Below are positions 12,935-25,513 of a stretch of 64,000 bases of DNA, piece after piece. The stretch spans positions 62,062,001 to 62,126,000 of the forward strand of contig NC_042998.1 of the NCBI RefSeq assembly GCF_006345805.1, in the 5' to 3' direction. The DNA is from Octopus sinensis (taxonomy: Eukaryota). Under the pieces are notes generated by a model. It did not search any database. It was not told the origin of the DNA and saw nothing but the letters and a program-made list of their open reading frames with translations. Within the stretch, counting starts at the first letter, position 1. Each line of letters starts with the position of its first letter. A program made the position numbers and the translations under genes.

Positions 12935-13082
12935 ATGGTTGTATACTGTCAATTTAACGTGACAGTAGGTGATTACACCACTGCTGTTTAGCCCAGGAAG
13001 CATCGAATGCTTCCTGTCGGCTTCGACACACTTACTGTGTCCTTATATATTTACGAAGGGGAGACAAATACCCCCAACAGCT
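12935..13082 (+). mobile_element. Diverged fragment of the 355-bp retrozyme-like family
   Basis: ttacaccact...gcccaggaagcatcgaatgcttcctgtcggcttcgacacatt.ctgtgtccttatat matches 23597-23758. Confidence 0.75.
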
Positions 13083-13223
13083 ATATATATATATATGCAC
13101 ACACATATATATATAGCTGTTAGACATTATATTATTTCTATTTATTTATTTTAAACAGTTCAGAAAATATACAAATACATGTGTAAAGTATTAGTAATTT
13201 CTAGAACAAAGAAAAAGAGCAAT

Positions 13224-13352
13224 TTCTTACAGCTGTTTCAGCCTAGAGGTCACAGTACCACATATGTTATTTCCATCTTTTCAGTGTATTGTAGTAATCT
13301 GTAGATAAAATTAGGGTACTTGGGTATGCCTCTAAGCTTTGTCAAAGAGTTT
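13224..13352 (-). ncRNA. Decayed HHR-like motif with long stem II
   Basis: Minus strand: ctct TTGACAA agcttagagg..cctctaggct GAAA CAGCTG TA aga. Related copy at 43401-43518 has CTGACAA. Confidence 0.45.
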
Positions 13353-13408
13353 TTATAAGATAGTCCAAGAAGTTCATAGGGTTAATTTATGCATATAAAT
13401 ATATATAT

Positions 13409-13475
<67 letters not shown>

Positions 13476-13488
13476 TTACATATATACA

Positions 13489-13536
<48 letters not shown>

Positions 13537-13985
13537 ATATATATATATATATAATATATATATATATTATATATATATATATATAATATATATATATATA
13601 TTATATATATACATTTACCTATATACATACACACCCATACATACATATACTTACACACATGCATGTATATATTCATGGATATGCTTATAACAGAATTAGT
13701 TATTAGTAGTTGTAATACAATATTTTTATTAGACCATATATAAAAAGAGAAATAGAAAGAGAAAGTAAAAGAGAAATAACAGTATAATCGAAGAAAATAA
13801 TGAGGTTTGTGGGGGTTACGGTTTTTTAGAACTGAAAACGTACATAAAAGGAGAAATACATATGTATACATACATGCAATAAAGACACATACATATATAC
13901 ATATACATATATACGCATATATGTACACACACATATTTCATGTGTTAGGTAAGATGTATTTCTGCAATGGTTTGTATTGTCCTTG

Positions 13986-14146
13986 CATGAGTGGCTGTGT
14001 GGTAAGTAGCTTGCTAACCAACCATGTGGTTCCGGGTTCAGTCCCACTGTGTGGCACCTTGGGCAAGTGTCTTCTACTATAGCCTCAGGCTGACCAAAGC
14101 CTTGTGAGTGGATTTGGTAGATGGAAACTGAAAGAAGCTTGTCGTA

Positions 14147-14218
<72 letters not shown>

Positions 14219-14440
14219 GTGTGTGTATATGTTTGTGTGTCTGTATTTGTCCCTCTAGCATTGCTTGACAACCAATGCTGGTGTGTTTATGTCCCCGTCA
14301 CTTAGCAGTTCAGCAAAAGAAACCGATAGAATAAGTACTGGGCTTACAAAGAATAAGTCCCGGGGTCGATTTGCTCGACTAAAGGCAGTGCTCCAGCATG
14401 GCCACAGTCAAATGATTGAAACAAGTAAAAGAGTAAAAGA
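13986..14440 (+). mobile_element. Full-length SINE family A
   Basis: Head, CORE-like block, internal (TA)n and gtaaaaga tail all present. Confidence 0.88.
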
Positions 14441-14509
14441 GAGAATGAATGAATGAACAAATGCACACACATAGATGTACCTCTACATATACACAAATAT
14501 ATCATGTGT

Positions 14510-14675
14510 TTCACTTGGTCTCACTTGGTTTACCAGGTCTTCTCAAGCACAGCATATCTCCAAAAATCTCAGTCGCTTGTAATCACCTCAGTGAGGCCCA
14601 ACATTTGAAGATCGTGCTTCACCACCCCATCCCAGGTCTTCCTGTTAGGGTGGGACACTTTTTTCACACAGCTGG
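14510..14675 (-). mobile_element. RTE-LINE C-terminal fragment
   Basis: ggtcttctcaagcacagcatat...gatcgtgcttcaccacc. Confidence 0.7.
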
Positions 14676-14967
14676 CACCACAACTTTCTGACAAGTTGTG
14701 GTGCACCTGAGCACTGTATACAATAATTTCATTATTATTATTATTTTTAAAAGATACATTCTTATTGTTTGTATTTGTAATTGTGTACCATGTTCTCCGT
14801 TTTTTTGTCTTTGTAATAAAAATTCATCAAATTGTTGAAATTCTCCACACTAGCAGTAAAACCCATCGTTGATCGGGTAATTACTTTTACTATTTATCAG
14901 GAGCCACTTTCAAAGTATTATTATATGTGTAATTTACTCCTCCTATATGTGTGCATTTTTAGAAGGG

Positions 14968-15250
14968 AAAAACCATGTAATAATTAAAGTAGAAGAAAGA
15001 TCAATATCATACATGAACTTGTGTTTGTTTATGATATGACAATAATAACTGAGCTATATGTCTTATTTTATTTATCTATACAGTAATGGCAATGATATAA
15101 TATTTTTATAAGTGAAAAAAATGTAATAATTGAAGTAGAAAAAAGATCATTTTTATACATGAAGTTCAATTTGTTTATTACATGATAATAGTAAGTGAGA
15201 TGTATGTGTTATTTTATTTATCAATTTAGTAATGACAATTATATAGTATA
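14968..15250. repeat. Diverged 145-bp tandem duplication
   Basis: atgtaataatt.aagtagaa.aaagatca at 14976 and 15121. Confidence 0.75.
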
Positions 15251-15631
15251 ATTCATTAAAATGGTTAATTTATTCATTCTAGAATGTAATGATAGTAATG
15301 GTAAATGATATTACTGAAGTATTCATGTTGCATTAAGAATGAATATTTCTTTATGAACAATGTTTTTGTTTTACTTCAGGGTAGGGTACATAAGCCTCTA
15401 CTACAAACAGTGAGAATGTTTGGGCCAATAAAGTTGGTGCACAATTAATCTTGTACCATTGCATAATTTTGGTTTGAGACAAAATATGGAATACTTAATC
15501 GGAGTCCTTTTTCTCAATTGAACACAATGAGGAACTGTACCTGGTGGTTGTAGTGAGTTAAAGAATTCGATGGGGTAGTTGACACTATCCTGATCATCAA
15601 CAACACTGTCAATTGAGTTATAAGTGAATAC

Positions 15632-15988
15632 TTACTCTTTTACTTGTTTCAGTCATTTGACTTGGGCCATGCTGGAGCACCGCCTTTAGTCGAGCAAATC
15701 GACCCCAGGACTTATTCTTTGTAAGCCTAGTACTTATTCTATCGGTCTCTTTTATGGAACTGCTGAGTTACGAGGACATAAACACACCAGCATCAGTTGT
15801 CAAGCGATGTTGAGGGGACAAACACAGACACACAAACGAAAATACACACATACATATATATATACATATATACAACAGGCTTCTTTCAGTTTCCGTCTAC
15901 CAAATCCACTCACAAGGCTTTGGTAGACTGAACCCGGAACCATGTGGTTGGTAAGCAAGCTACTTACCACACAACCACTCCTACACCT
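15632..15988 (-). mobile_element. SINE family A with internal deletion
   Basis: Tail and head present, CORE-like block missing at ~15925. Confidence 0.8.
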
Positions 15989-16099
15989 GGAAATTTATTC
16001 AATAGCATATTATTTATGGTATGTAGAGGAACATTTTTTGGCGCCAGGATAGCTCTGTCACCGATGTCTTGTTGTAATTATGCAGAAGATTAGGAAAGG

Positions 16100-16370
16100 T
16101 AACAGAAAGAGAGAGATTGACAGAAAGAAAGAGAGTGAGTGACAGAAAAAGAGAGAGAGAAGGAAGGAGAGACAGGAAGAGAGAGAGCAAGAGACGACAG
16201 AAAGAGAGAGAAGCATAAAGAGAGAGAAAGAGGAAAAGAGGGAGAGAAAGAAAGGGAGAAAAGAAGAAAGAGAAAGAAAGGAAGAGAGAGGGAGAAAGAA
16301 AGAAAGAGGGGGAATAGAGAGATAGAGATAGACAGGGAGAGAAGAGAGGTAGAGACAGAAAGAGAGGATA
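16100..16370. repeat. Purine-rich (GA/GAAA) low-complexity tract
   Basis: Direct reading. Confidence 0.9.
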
Positions 16371-16415
16371 CTCATGGTATTAAATGACTGAAACATGAAT
16401 ATATATATGTATATA

Positions 16416-16481
<66 letters not shown>

Positions 16482-16708
16482 TGTGGGTGTGGGTGTATTT
16501 TTAATTCTTGCTTGCGTATTTTGACAAAGAAATGTTTGATGTGTGTGTGTGTTCATTTAGTGAGGGAAAGAGAGAAAGAAAGAAGGAGGAGAAGAAGAAA
16601 GAGAGAGAAAATAGACAGATAGAGAAGAAAGAAAATCATAGAGATGGTGTCTGGTTTTACTTTGTGAGACAAACAGACAGAACCTCTCTTTTATATATAT
16701 ATATATAT

Positions 16709-17092
16709 ATGTGGCTGTGTGGAAAAAACTTGCTTCCCAACCACATGGTTCCGGCTTCAGTCTTACTGTGTCTTTTAGTATATCCTTGAACTGACCAAAG
16801 CCTTGTGAGTGGATTCGGTAGACGGAAACCAAAAGAAGTATATATATACACACACACACACACATTTACATATGTATATATTTGTATGTTTGTGTCTGTT
16901 TGTACCCACCGACCATCACTTGGCAACCAATGTTGGTGTTTTTACGTCCCTGTAACTTAACAGTTTGGCAAAAGAGACCAATAGAATCAGTTGCAGGCTT
17001 ACAAATAATAAGTCCAGAGGTTGATTCCTTCGACTAAAAGGTGGTGCTCCAGCATGGCCACAGACAAATGACTGAAACAAATAAAAGAATAT
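16709..17092 (+). mobile_element. SINE family A (diverged)
   Basis: gtggctgtgtgg...aaatgactgaaacaaataaaagaat. Confidence 0.8.
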
Positions 17093-17514
17093 AAAAAAAT
17101 AAACTAATCCTTCAGCATATCGCAGTTCACCTATCGCGCACTCATCACATCTCAGATTTCTCTGGCTATTATATGTAAATATATATCGCTGACTTCTCAG
17201 TATGTCCAGGTTTCTGCAGCCAATAGGCATTTATAGCTTTTTTGATTTTATTTATTTCTGTGGGAGGTTTTGGAACATAACATTCGCAATAGTTAAGAGA
17301 TTTGATCCACGTGAGTCCAAATACATAAATGTATGTTGGGAGATTGTCTTAACCTGATTTGCCTTCGATTGATTTCTGTAGTTATCATCAGTGTATTATG
17401 GTGATTTAATTAAGAGTTTTGACTGTTATTTCCAGCAGGTAGACATACTTAGTATGTCCTTTGATTAATTTTAATCCTTCAGATATATATATATGTATGT
17501 ATATACCTACACCA

Positions 17515-17885
17515 GTTTTGCATAACCAGCCCCAGCCCATTCAAAAGTACCTTGGATCGTAGCGTGAAATGCTGTGCTTGAGGAGACCTATTGAGTCAAG
17601 TACATCAACAACAAAATAAAAATCAAATGGAAATTGTAGTTGTGATCCCCGTGCCAGTGACATGTAAAATGCACCATCTGAACACGGCCAATGCCAGTGC
17701 TGCCTTGACAAGCTTCCATGCTGGTGGCACATAAAAAGCACCAACCAATTGTGGCTGTTGCCAGCCTCCTCTAGCCCCTGTGCCGGTGGCATGTAAAAAT
17801 CACCTACTACACTCACAAAGTGGTTGGTGTTAGGAAGGGCATTCAGCAGTAGAAACACTGCCAGATCAGACTGGAGCCTGATGAT
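17515..17885 (+). mobile_element. RTE-LINE 3' UTR fragment
   Basis: Three gtggcac.taaaaa units and ttaggaagggcat...gccagatcagactggagcctg. Confidence 0.8.
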
Positions 17886-17915
17886 AATGTATATATATGT
17901 ATATATGTATATATC

Positions 17916-17949
<34 letters not shown>

Positions 17950-17953
<4 letters not shown>

Positions 17954-18308
17954 GATGTACTCACATAGCAAGTGATTTGATCTGAGATCGTGTGCTGAAA
18001 CGAAAACAATTGCAGCGTGGAAGGTGTTTGTAAGCCATTTAAGAAACACACAAAAGCCGTTCGATTCACTTCAACATTTAAGTTTAATTTGTCTAAATAT
18101 TTTCGTCGCTAAAATCTGTGACCTGTTCACTGACGAAAATCCGTGCTGCAATTTGCCAAAGAGATGCAGCACGGATTTTTGTCAGTGAACAGGTCGCAGA
18201 TTTTAGCAACGAAAATATTTTGACAAATTAAACTTAAATGTTGAAGTGAATCGAACGGCTTTTGTGTGTTTCTTAAATGGCTTACAAACACCTTCCATGC
18301 TGCAATTG
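17950..18308. mobile_element. Fold-back PLE-like element (second copy) with G3-C8 HHR-like motifs at 18088-18137 (-) and 18178-18227 (+)
   Basis: Arms ~18007-18150 and 18165-18308, embedded in (TA)n. Confidence 0.82.
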
Positions 18309-18490
18309 TATATATATATATATATATATATATAAATTAAATTAGAGATAAAACCACTATTAGGAAACTCAAACAGTGATAGACATAAACCAAAACATAA
18401 AAAACAAAAAATAAATATAATTAATATAATATATAATATATATATAAAATATAAAATATAAATATTTTATATTTCTCCTTCTCCTCCTCC

Positions 18491-18521
<31 letters not shown>

Positions 18522-18819
18522 TCTTCTTCTTCTTCTTCTTCTTCTTCTCCTTCTTCTTCTTCCAATCAGGACTCATGTCATCAGCCACAATGAATAATCT
18601 CTAATTTGAGCTACTAAGAATGCACCCACCACACGCAATAGACTGGCGGTTGCACAGACGTGAAAGCTACATTGTTATCCTCATTCTGTAAACAGTGGCT
18701 TTTAAAGGGTGGAGAGCTGAACCATCCTGGGGTACAGAGGATTCGCAATCTAGACTAGGGTCTGAAAGTTTACCACACCATAGTGGGGTACACCATGGTT
18801 TCTCTGCTTTGTGGAAGAA

Positions 18820-19015
18820 GTAGGAAGAAAGATTGAGAGAAAGTTGTGATAAAAAAGTACAGTGGGGTTCACCCCACCCCCCACTCCCTGCCAGAGCCTC
18901 GTGGAGCTTAGGTGTTTTCTGCTCAATAAACACTCACAATGCCCAGTCTGGGAATTAAAACCACATTCTTATGACCACGAGTCCACTGCCCCAACTACTG
19001 GGCCATTGCGCCTCA
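18820..19015 (-). mobile_element. tRNA-derived SINE family C, 5' part
   Basis: Minus strand gaggcgcaatggcccagtagtt...cccagactgggcattgtgagtgtttattgagc, as at 50533-50818. Confidence 0.7.
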
Positions 19016-20785
19016 GCACTGCTGGTGATGGTTTGTTTAAATTCCATATCTTAGCAATTTGCCAAAGAGACTCATAAAATAAGCACCAATTTTTTTTTTA
19101 AATATATATAAGTACAGGGGTTGATTTGTTTGACTAAAACCCTTCAAACTGGTGCCCCAGCATGGCCACTGTCCAATGACTGAAACAAATAAAAGATAAA
19201 AGAGATGTTTTATGAAAGTATAAAACCAATTAGTCTGTTGGATCACTGTTGATCATAGATGAGCTCAATCAGAGCTAACCTAGGGTTAAACAGCAACAGC
19301 AAAAAAACAATAGTAAATGATATGTTTGTGATCACAGGTTATCTGTGACCTAAATCACTTGGCTATGCTATCATGTGTTGTGAGTATACCTGGATAAATT
19401 TACAAGTGAGTCATTGACACGATGGTGGCTTCCTCAATTACATACATTACAATGCAGTTTTCCTCTCAGTTTGCCTTTGCAAAAACAGTGAAACATTGAG
19501 CAATGTAAAAGAACTAAGATTAGAAGATTTTATTTGTTTATTTCTTTTATCGTCTCTCATGAAACATTCTCCATCTTTAAGCTTCCAGTTTTCTTCTTTT
19601 TTAACCCCGGGTATCAACTGTCTGTCTATCGAGTATTACATTGGTCAATCTGCTCATTGTGGTATTTAATCTGACCCTCTGCATCTTGAGTTCAAATCTG
19701 ATGAGGTCAAAATATGCCCTTTCATCGTTTTGAAGACAATCAAAATATACCACTCAGTATCTCAGGGTGGAAAGCTAGTAGAATTGTTAGGGCATTAGAC
19801 CAAATGCTTAGCAAAACTTCTGGTTCATTACATTCTGAGTTCAAACCCTGCTGATGCCAACTTTGCCATTCATTCAATAAAATAAATTTCCAGCAAAGTA
19901 TCTGGAGCAGTGTAATTGGCTTATCACCTCCCCTCAAAATTGTAGGCCTGGAACTCTGCAACAGACTGACATCCCACTCAGAGACAAAGTTGCAACTTCA
20001 CTTGTGTAAATGCCATAGAAACTGAATAACTGGCTTTATAAGTTTTAGGGCTCATCATCATCACTTAACTTTTGTTTTCCATGCTGGCATGGGCTGGACA
20101 GTTTGATGGGAGCTGGCAAGGCTAGGAGCCATTCTAGACTCCATTGTCTGCTCTGATATGGTTTCTACAATTGAATTCCCTTCTTACTTTACTAGGTGCT
20201 TTTTACGTGACACCAACACCAGGGCTTTTTATGTTGCACCAGCAATGGTGATTGCATGTGGCACCATAACCAATGGGGTCACCATTTACCTTGCAAGACA
20301 AAAGAAACAAAATCCCCCTCAATTGGAAGCAGGGAGCAGTATTAAGGGTAGAGAGTGGCTTTGTACCAGAGAAAAATTCAGGATGTTGGATTAACTATAA
20401 GAACATAAGAGAGGATGCATTTCAGTATCTGTACTGGATCTTTGCATTCTGAGTTCAAATTTCACCATGGCTTACTTGGGTAGCAAACATAGTTTGATGT
20501 CATTACCCAGTCCTTGGGTGCCTTTGAAAACATCTTCTCTGTTCCAGACTTCCAAGCCAGTCTGTGGATTAGCCCTTTAGCATTTAATCCAACCATATCC
20601 AGCCAAAATATTCTGCCTGTTTTATGCTTCAACTGGTCAGATCTGGCTTCCCATACCAACCCTACATTATCGTTCTAAAAATTAACAATTACTTCATCAA
20701 AATTTCAAAGCTACAAAATAATGCATGATTAATTGAAAATAATGTGAATAAATAAGCAATACTTTTGACAAAATAATGTGAATAC

Positions 20786-21005
20786 CTATTTCTTTATTAC
20801 CCACAAGGGGCCAAACATAGAGAGGACAAACAAGGACAGACATAGGTATTAAGTCGATTACATCGACTCCAGTACGTAACTGGTACTTAATTTATTGACC
20901 CCGAGAGGATGAAAGGCAAAGTGGACCTCAGCGGAATTTGAACTCACAACGTAACGACAGACAAAATACCGCTAAGCATTTCACCCAGCATGCTAACGAT
21001 TCTAC
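20786..21005 (-). mobile_element. SINE family B (Deu/Nin-like domain)
   Basis: tggtacttaatttattgaccccgagaggatgaaaggcaaagt...ggaatttgaactc. Confidence 0.8.
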
Positions 21006-21659
21006 CAAAGGGTTAAAGGTACCTTCCTCCCTCCCATCAGTCTCAAAGAGATCTTAGAAGGGCCACAGGGACTGCATTGCCTTCTGACTGAAAGATAAAT
21101 GAAAACAATAAAGAAAGCAAGATTATCATTTTTTTTTTAAATCATGTTCTTTTCTGCGACGCAAAAAATTATTGTCAGGTGAGTATTGTTTCAATGTGTG
21201 TTTTAGTGTGGGTTTTTCCCTCTCTTTGAAAATTACTATGATGTAATCAGAACTCATAAGATGCTAGAAACACATAAGGTGGCCACACCCATTTTACTTT
21301 TGTTTATACATGGCAGATCATCATCAGCAACAAGCTAGTGCAGGCAAGCTGTAACATATGTACCAATGCAGAGAACTTTCTAGAACATTGAAAGCATATA
21401 TTGAATAAACATCTTACTCAGCTTTTGCACCTGGTGAACTTTGCAACAAAAAAAAAATATGTAGATAAAAAAACACATCATCACTAACAACAACAACAAT
21501 AACTGTCTCATTGCTAGGAAGCTCATTGATTTGATGTAAATAACACTGAATTAGGTCAATTAACAAAAGTTATTGTCACGTAGCAATTTTGCAACCAGAC
21601 AGATAAAATAATAATAATAATAATGATAATGATAATAATTATGATAATAATAATTCAAC

Positions 21660-23551
21660 AGAACGAGTAGCAAAGAGGAGCCAGGGAATGAAGGATCAGC
21701 TCTTAATTGATAATCTAATTATCAGGGACTGCTAGAGAAGACATACAAACCTGAGAATGGCATGGGTTGACTATCATAAAGCATACAATATGATACTACA
21801 CTACTGGTTAATAAGAACAATGGAAATGTATGGAGTAGAAGAGAGACAGCAAGGAATCAGGTGTTAGGTGAGGTGAAAATTAAGAGAGGTATCTTCCCAG
21901 GGGAACAGTTTGTCCCCACTTATCTTCATGCTGGGAATGATCCCCTTGAGTGAAATACTACAGAATACAAAGTTGGGGTATGATTTGGAAAGAGGTAAGG
22001 GAAAACTGAACCACTGGCTATTCATGGATGACTTGCCAGTTATTCACAAAAAATGAGGCAGAACTAGACAGCCTAGTCTAGTCTGTGCAGATTTTCTCCA
22101 ATGATATTAAGATGGAGTTTGGGCTCCCAAAATGTGCTATGATGGTGATGAGACGAGAAAAGCTCGTCAAGACAGAAGGCATAGAGTTTCCAAGTGGTGA
22201 AATGATGAAGGCAATTCAACCTCAATCAAGCTATAAATATCTGGGAATACTTGAGGTAGATGGAATTAAACACAATGTCATGAAAGAAAATACAAAAAGA
22301 GAGTACCTGTGGTAAGTGAGAAAAATATTGGCTGAATACCAGAAACAATTTCAGCAATAAATTCCCGTGCAGTTTCAGTATGGCACTGGAATCATGAAGT
22401 GGATAGAGGAAACACTAAAGGAGATGGACAGGAAGTCAAGAAAGCTTCTAATGATGCATGGTGCCCATCATCCACATGTGGACACTGATCACCTATACAT
22501 GAAGAGAGCAAATGGAGGAAGAGGATTGATAAGTGTGGAAGGCTGCATGCATATCGAACTTGAGAGCTTAATGAAATACTTAGCCCAAAGTAAGGAAAAC
22601 TTGTTAGTATCAGTTAGGAACAAAGGAGTATTGAAAGCAGAGAAAAATGGGAAAATGAAGGGAAAAGTGCAAAAAGAACATGAAGAAGAATTATGCAAGA
22701 AGGGACTATATGATCAGTTCCGTGTAGCCACAACAGAACTTACTGGAAAAATAGGAAGGATTGGCTGAAGAAAGGAAACCAAGAGCACTATACTGGCAGC
22801 ACAAGACCAAGCTTTGGCCACGAACTGGAGGGTCAACCTTAGGAATGAGCAAGTGTCTCAGCTGTACCACATCTGCAATAGAGTGGATGAAACCATTGCC
22901 CATATCACAAATGTATGCATTAGACTTGCACAAAACCACTACAAGTTGTGTTGACAGGATTAGGTAGTGAAAGTGCTACACTGGAAACTGTGTGAAAGGA
23001 GGGGGCTAGAGAGAGGCAAGACATGGTACGAGCACAAACCACAGAGTGGTGGAATTGGAGACTAGCAAAATCCTCTGGGATTTCCTAATCCAAACAAATC
23101 AGATGCTAGAGCATAACAGACTAAACCTAGTGGTGGTGGAAAAGGTGCACCGCATATGCAATATAGTTGATGTTGCATGCCCCTTTGACCCATGAATACT
23201 CAAGAAGAAGGACTAAAAGCTGGATAGATAGATACAACCCTCTTAAATACGAAATAGCCCGGTTGTGGAAAATGAAGAAGGTGAAGATAGTGCCAATTAT
23301 TGTTGAGTCCTTGGGGTCAGTATCAGAAGGCATCATGAGGAATATAAAGGAAATTGGAATAGAGTACCCAGTAGAACTGTTACAAAAGGTTTGCCTCCTT
23401 GGCATGGCCAGAATAATCAGGTAAATATTAGACAGCTGAAAAGAACAAGTAGCATGGTAACATAGGCTGCAGGTATCAATCTCGCTATGCATATAAGACT
23501 CCAGGAGATCCAACAAAACCTGTGATAAAAGAAAGGGAAATAACAATAATG

Positions 23552-23595
<44 letters not shown>
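21660..23595 (+). mobile_element. Decayed R4/Dong-like non-LTR retrotransposon (RT, CCHC region, RLE endonuclease) in (TAA)n
   Basis: RGIF..SLSPLIF.LGMIPLS, LNHWLFMDDL, FSNDIKMEFGLPKCA, YKYLGILE, LYMKRANGGRGLISVE, KILWDFLIQT, IVDVACP, KIVPIIVESLG. Frameshifted. (TAA)n on both sides. Confidence 0.85.
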
Positions 23596-23596
<1 letters not shown>

Positions 23597-24138
23597 GAGT
23601 GGTTGTATAAAGTCAACATGACTTGACAGTCCTGTAAAGGGAATTACACCACCACTATATAGCCCTAGGAAGCATCGACGCTTCCTGTTGGCTTTGACAC
23701 ATTTCCTGTGTCCTTATATTTGCAAAGGGGAGGCAAGCACACCCACCAGCTAGGACTAGCAACCTGAAGACATGCATGTTTCTGAGTCTTGCCCGTCATC
23801 AGTCCAGGTTAGCGAGTCCCCGCTAGCAGTGATACTTGCCAAACCTTTGCAAATATATCTATTTACAGTGAAATCTATTGACTGATCACCGTAATTAGAA
23901 ATATTGAATTTCTAAATGTCTCAAAGAGACATGAGCGGTGGTGGAGCGACAGAGTGGTTGTATAAAGTCAACATAACGTGACAGTCCTGTAAAGGGAATT
24001 ACACCACCACTATATAGCCCTAGGAAGCATCGACGCTTCCTGTCGGCTTTGACACATTTCCTGTGTCCTTATATTTGCAAAGGGGAGGCAAGCACCCCCA
24101 CCAGCTAGGACTACATTTAGAAATTCAATATTTCTAAT
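23597..24138 (-). mobile_element. Retrozyme-like partial tandem element (355-bp period)
   Basis: Direct repeats 23597-23758 and 23952-24113, HHR at 23761-23810, short inverted copy at 24114-24138. Confidence 0.78.
23761..23810 (-). ncRNA. Type-I hammerhead ribozyme motif
   Basis: aacctgga CTGATGA cggg caaga ctca GAAA CATGCATG TC ttcaggtt: 8-bp stem I, canonical core, palindromic stem III, GUC site. Confidence 0.8.
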
Positions 24139-24149
24139 AATAATAATAA

Positions 24150-24232
24150 TAAGCCCACTACACATATAAGACACCAGGAGCTCCAACAAAACCTGTGATA
24201 AAGAGAAATAATAAAAACATAATAACAATAAT
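24150..24232 (+). mobile_element. Very short 3' tip of the R4/Dong-like element
   Basis: catataagac.ccaggag.tccaacaaaacctgtgataaa repeats 23490-23530, followed by a taa tail. Confidence 0.75.
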
Positions 24233-25160
24233 TCACTCTAGCTTTAGCACACGACTAGCAATCTTGAGTGGAGGAGAAAAGGAAACTACATCGATCCTCT
24301 AGTTTGCAACAAGTACTTTATTTTATTGTCGCACATGTGATACAAGTTTAACAGGTGTTCAACCTAAATGTCATTACCTGATCACTGAACACGTGTGTTC
24401 CAGGTGTGTATATCTCAAACAGATTCAGTCACTGGTTTCTCTCACACATCTGTAGAGTTTATTCCAAACAGGTAATGACTTCCTGTTGCAGTTCCAAAGC
24501 AATGACTTTTGAAAATTATTCATCAACTTCCACACCTAACCCTGGTGCTTGATTTGGTTGTACTGCTCATCTTTTGATCACTGAGTATAAAAATGTCTCT
24601 CATGAGACTTTTGGATGATTTTCCTGAGTCACCATCTCACCCTCATGACTTCCTTTCATTCATTTAATCTTTCCATATGCATGTTAGTTGTCCCTTTTTC
24701 TTCTTTTTTTTGTTTCTTACACAATACAGGACAGTTCTTCCACCCTTTGTCAGGTTTTGCCTTTTATTCTGCAGGGTGTCCCATAGTCATCCACCTCACC
24801 AAGCTCGATGGTGGCGTTGTTGTCTTAATTGCCAATGACCCAACAGTGCAACAGGTTGTACAGGGTTACATGTTACCAGTGTCACAAAAAAGCTACCTGA
24901 CAAATATTAGCACACAAGAGCGACCTCACAAATCTGATCTGGTAGAGTTTCTACAGCTGGATGCCCTTCCTAACACCAACCACTCTGAGAGTGTAGTGGG
25001 TGCTTTTTACATGCCACCGACACAGGAGTCAGTAAGGCTTTGGTTGGCCCGAGGCTATAGTAGAAGACACTTGCCCAAGGTGCCACGCAGTGGAACTGAA
25101 CCTGGAACCATGTAGTTGAGAAGCAAGCTTCTTACCATACAGCCACTCCTATATATATAT

Positions 25161-25204
<44 letters not shown>

Positions 25205-25264
25205 ATATACATATATATATACACATACATACACACACACACACACATACACACACACACACAC

Positions 25265-25300
<36 letters not shown>

Positions 25301-25369
25301 GGAGCTGCTGGCTCTCCAGACCTCAGTCTGTCCAACCCATACCAGTTTTTATCGATGATGATGATGATG

Positions 25370-25412
<43 letters not shown>

Positions 25413-25513
25413 TGTGAGGATAAAATTCTTTTCGAAAAAAATATATTTTCTCGAAAAAATTTTATCAATGGCCAGCATATTAAAATATACCTTTAACGGT
25501 TAAATTTATAAAC

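Noticed and set aside
18130-18140. CTGACGA on the strand opposite the G3-C8 motif
   Set aside because: Present in only one of four copies and lacks the downstream architecture.
21031-21184. Possible exon ending CAG|GTGAGT
   Set aside because: Stops in the reading frames and no supporting neighbouring exons. Cannot be supported without RNA data.
24360-24890. Possible highly decayed APE endonuclease on the minus strand
   Set aside because: Only faint motif echoes, too degenerate to call by eye.
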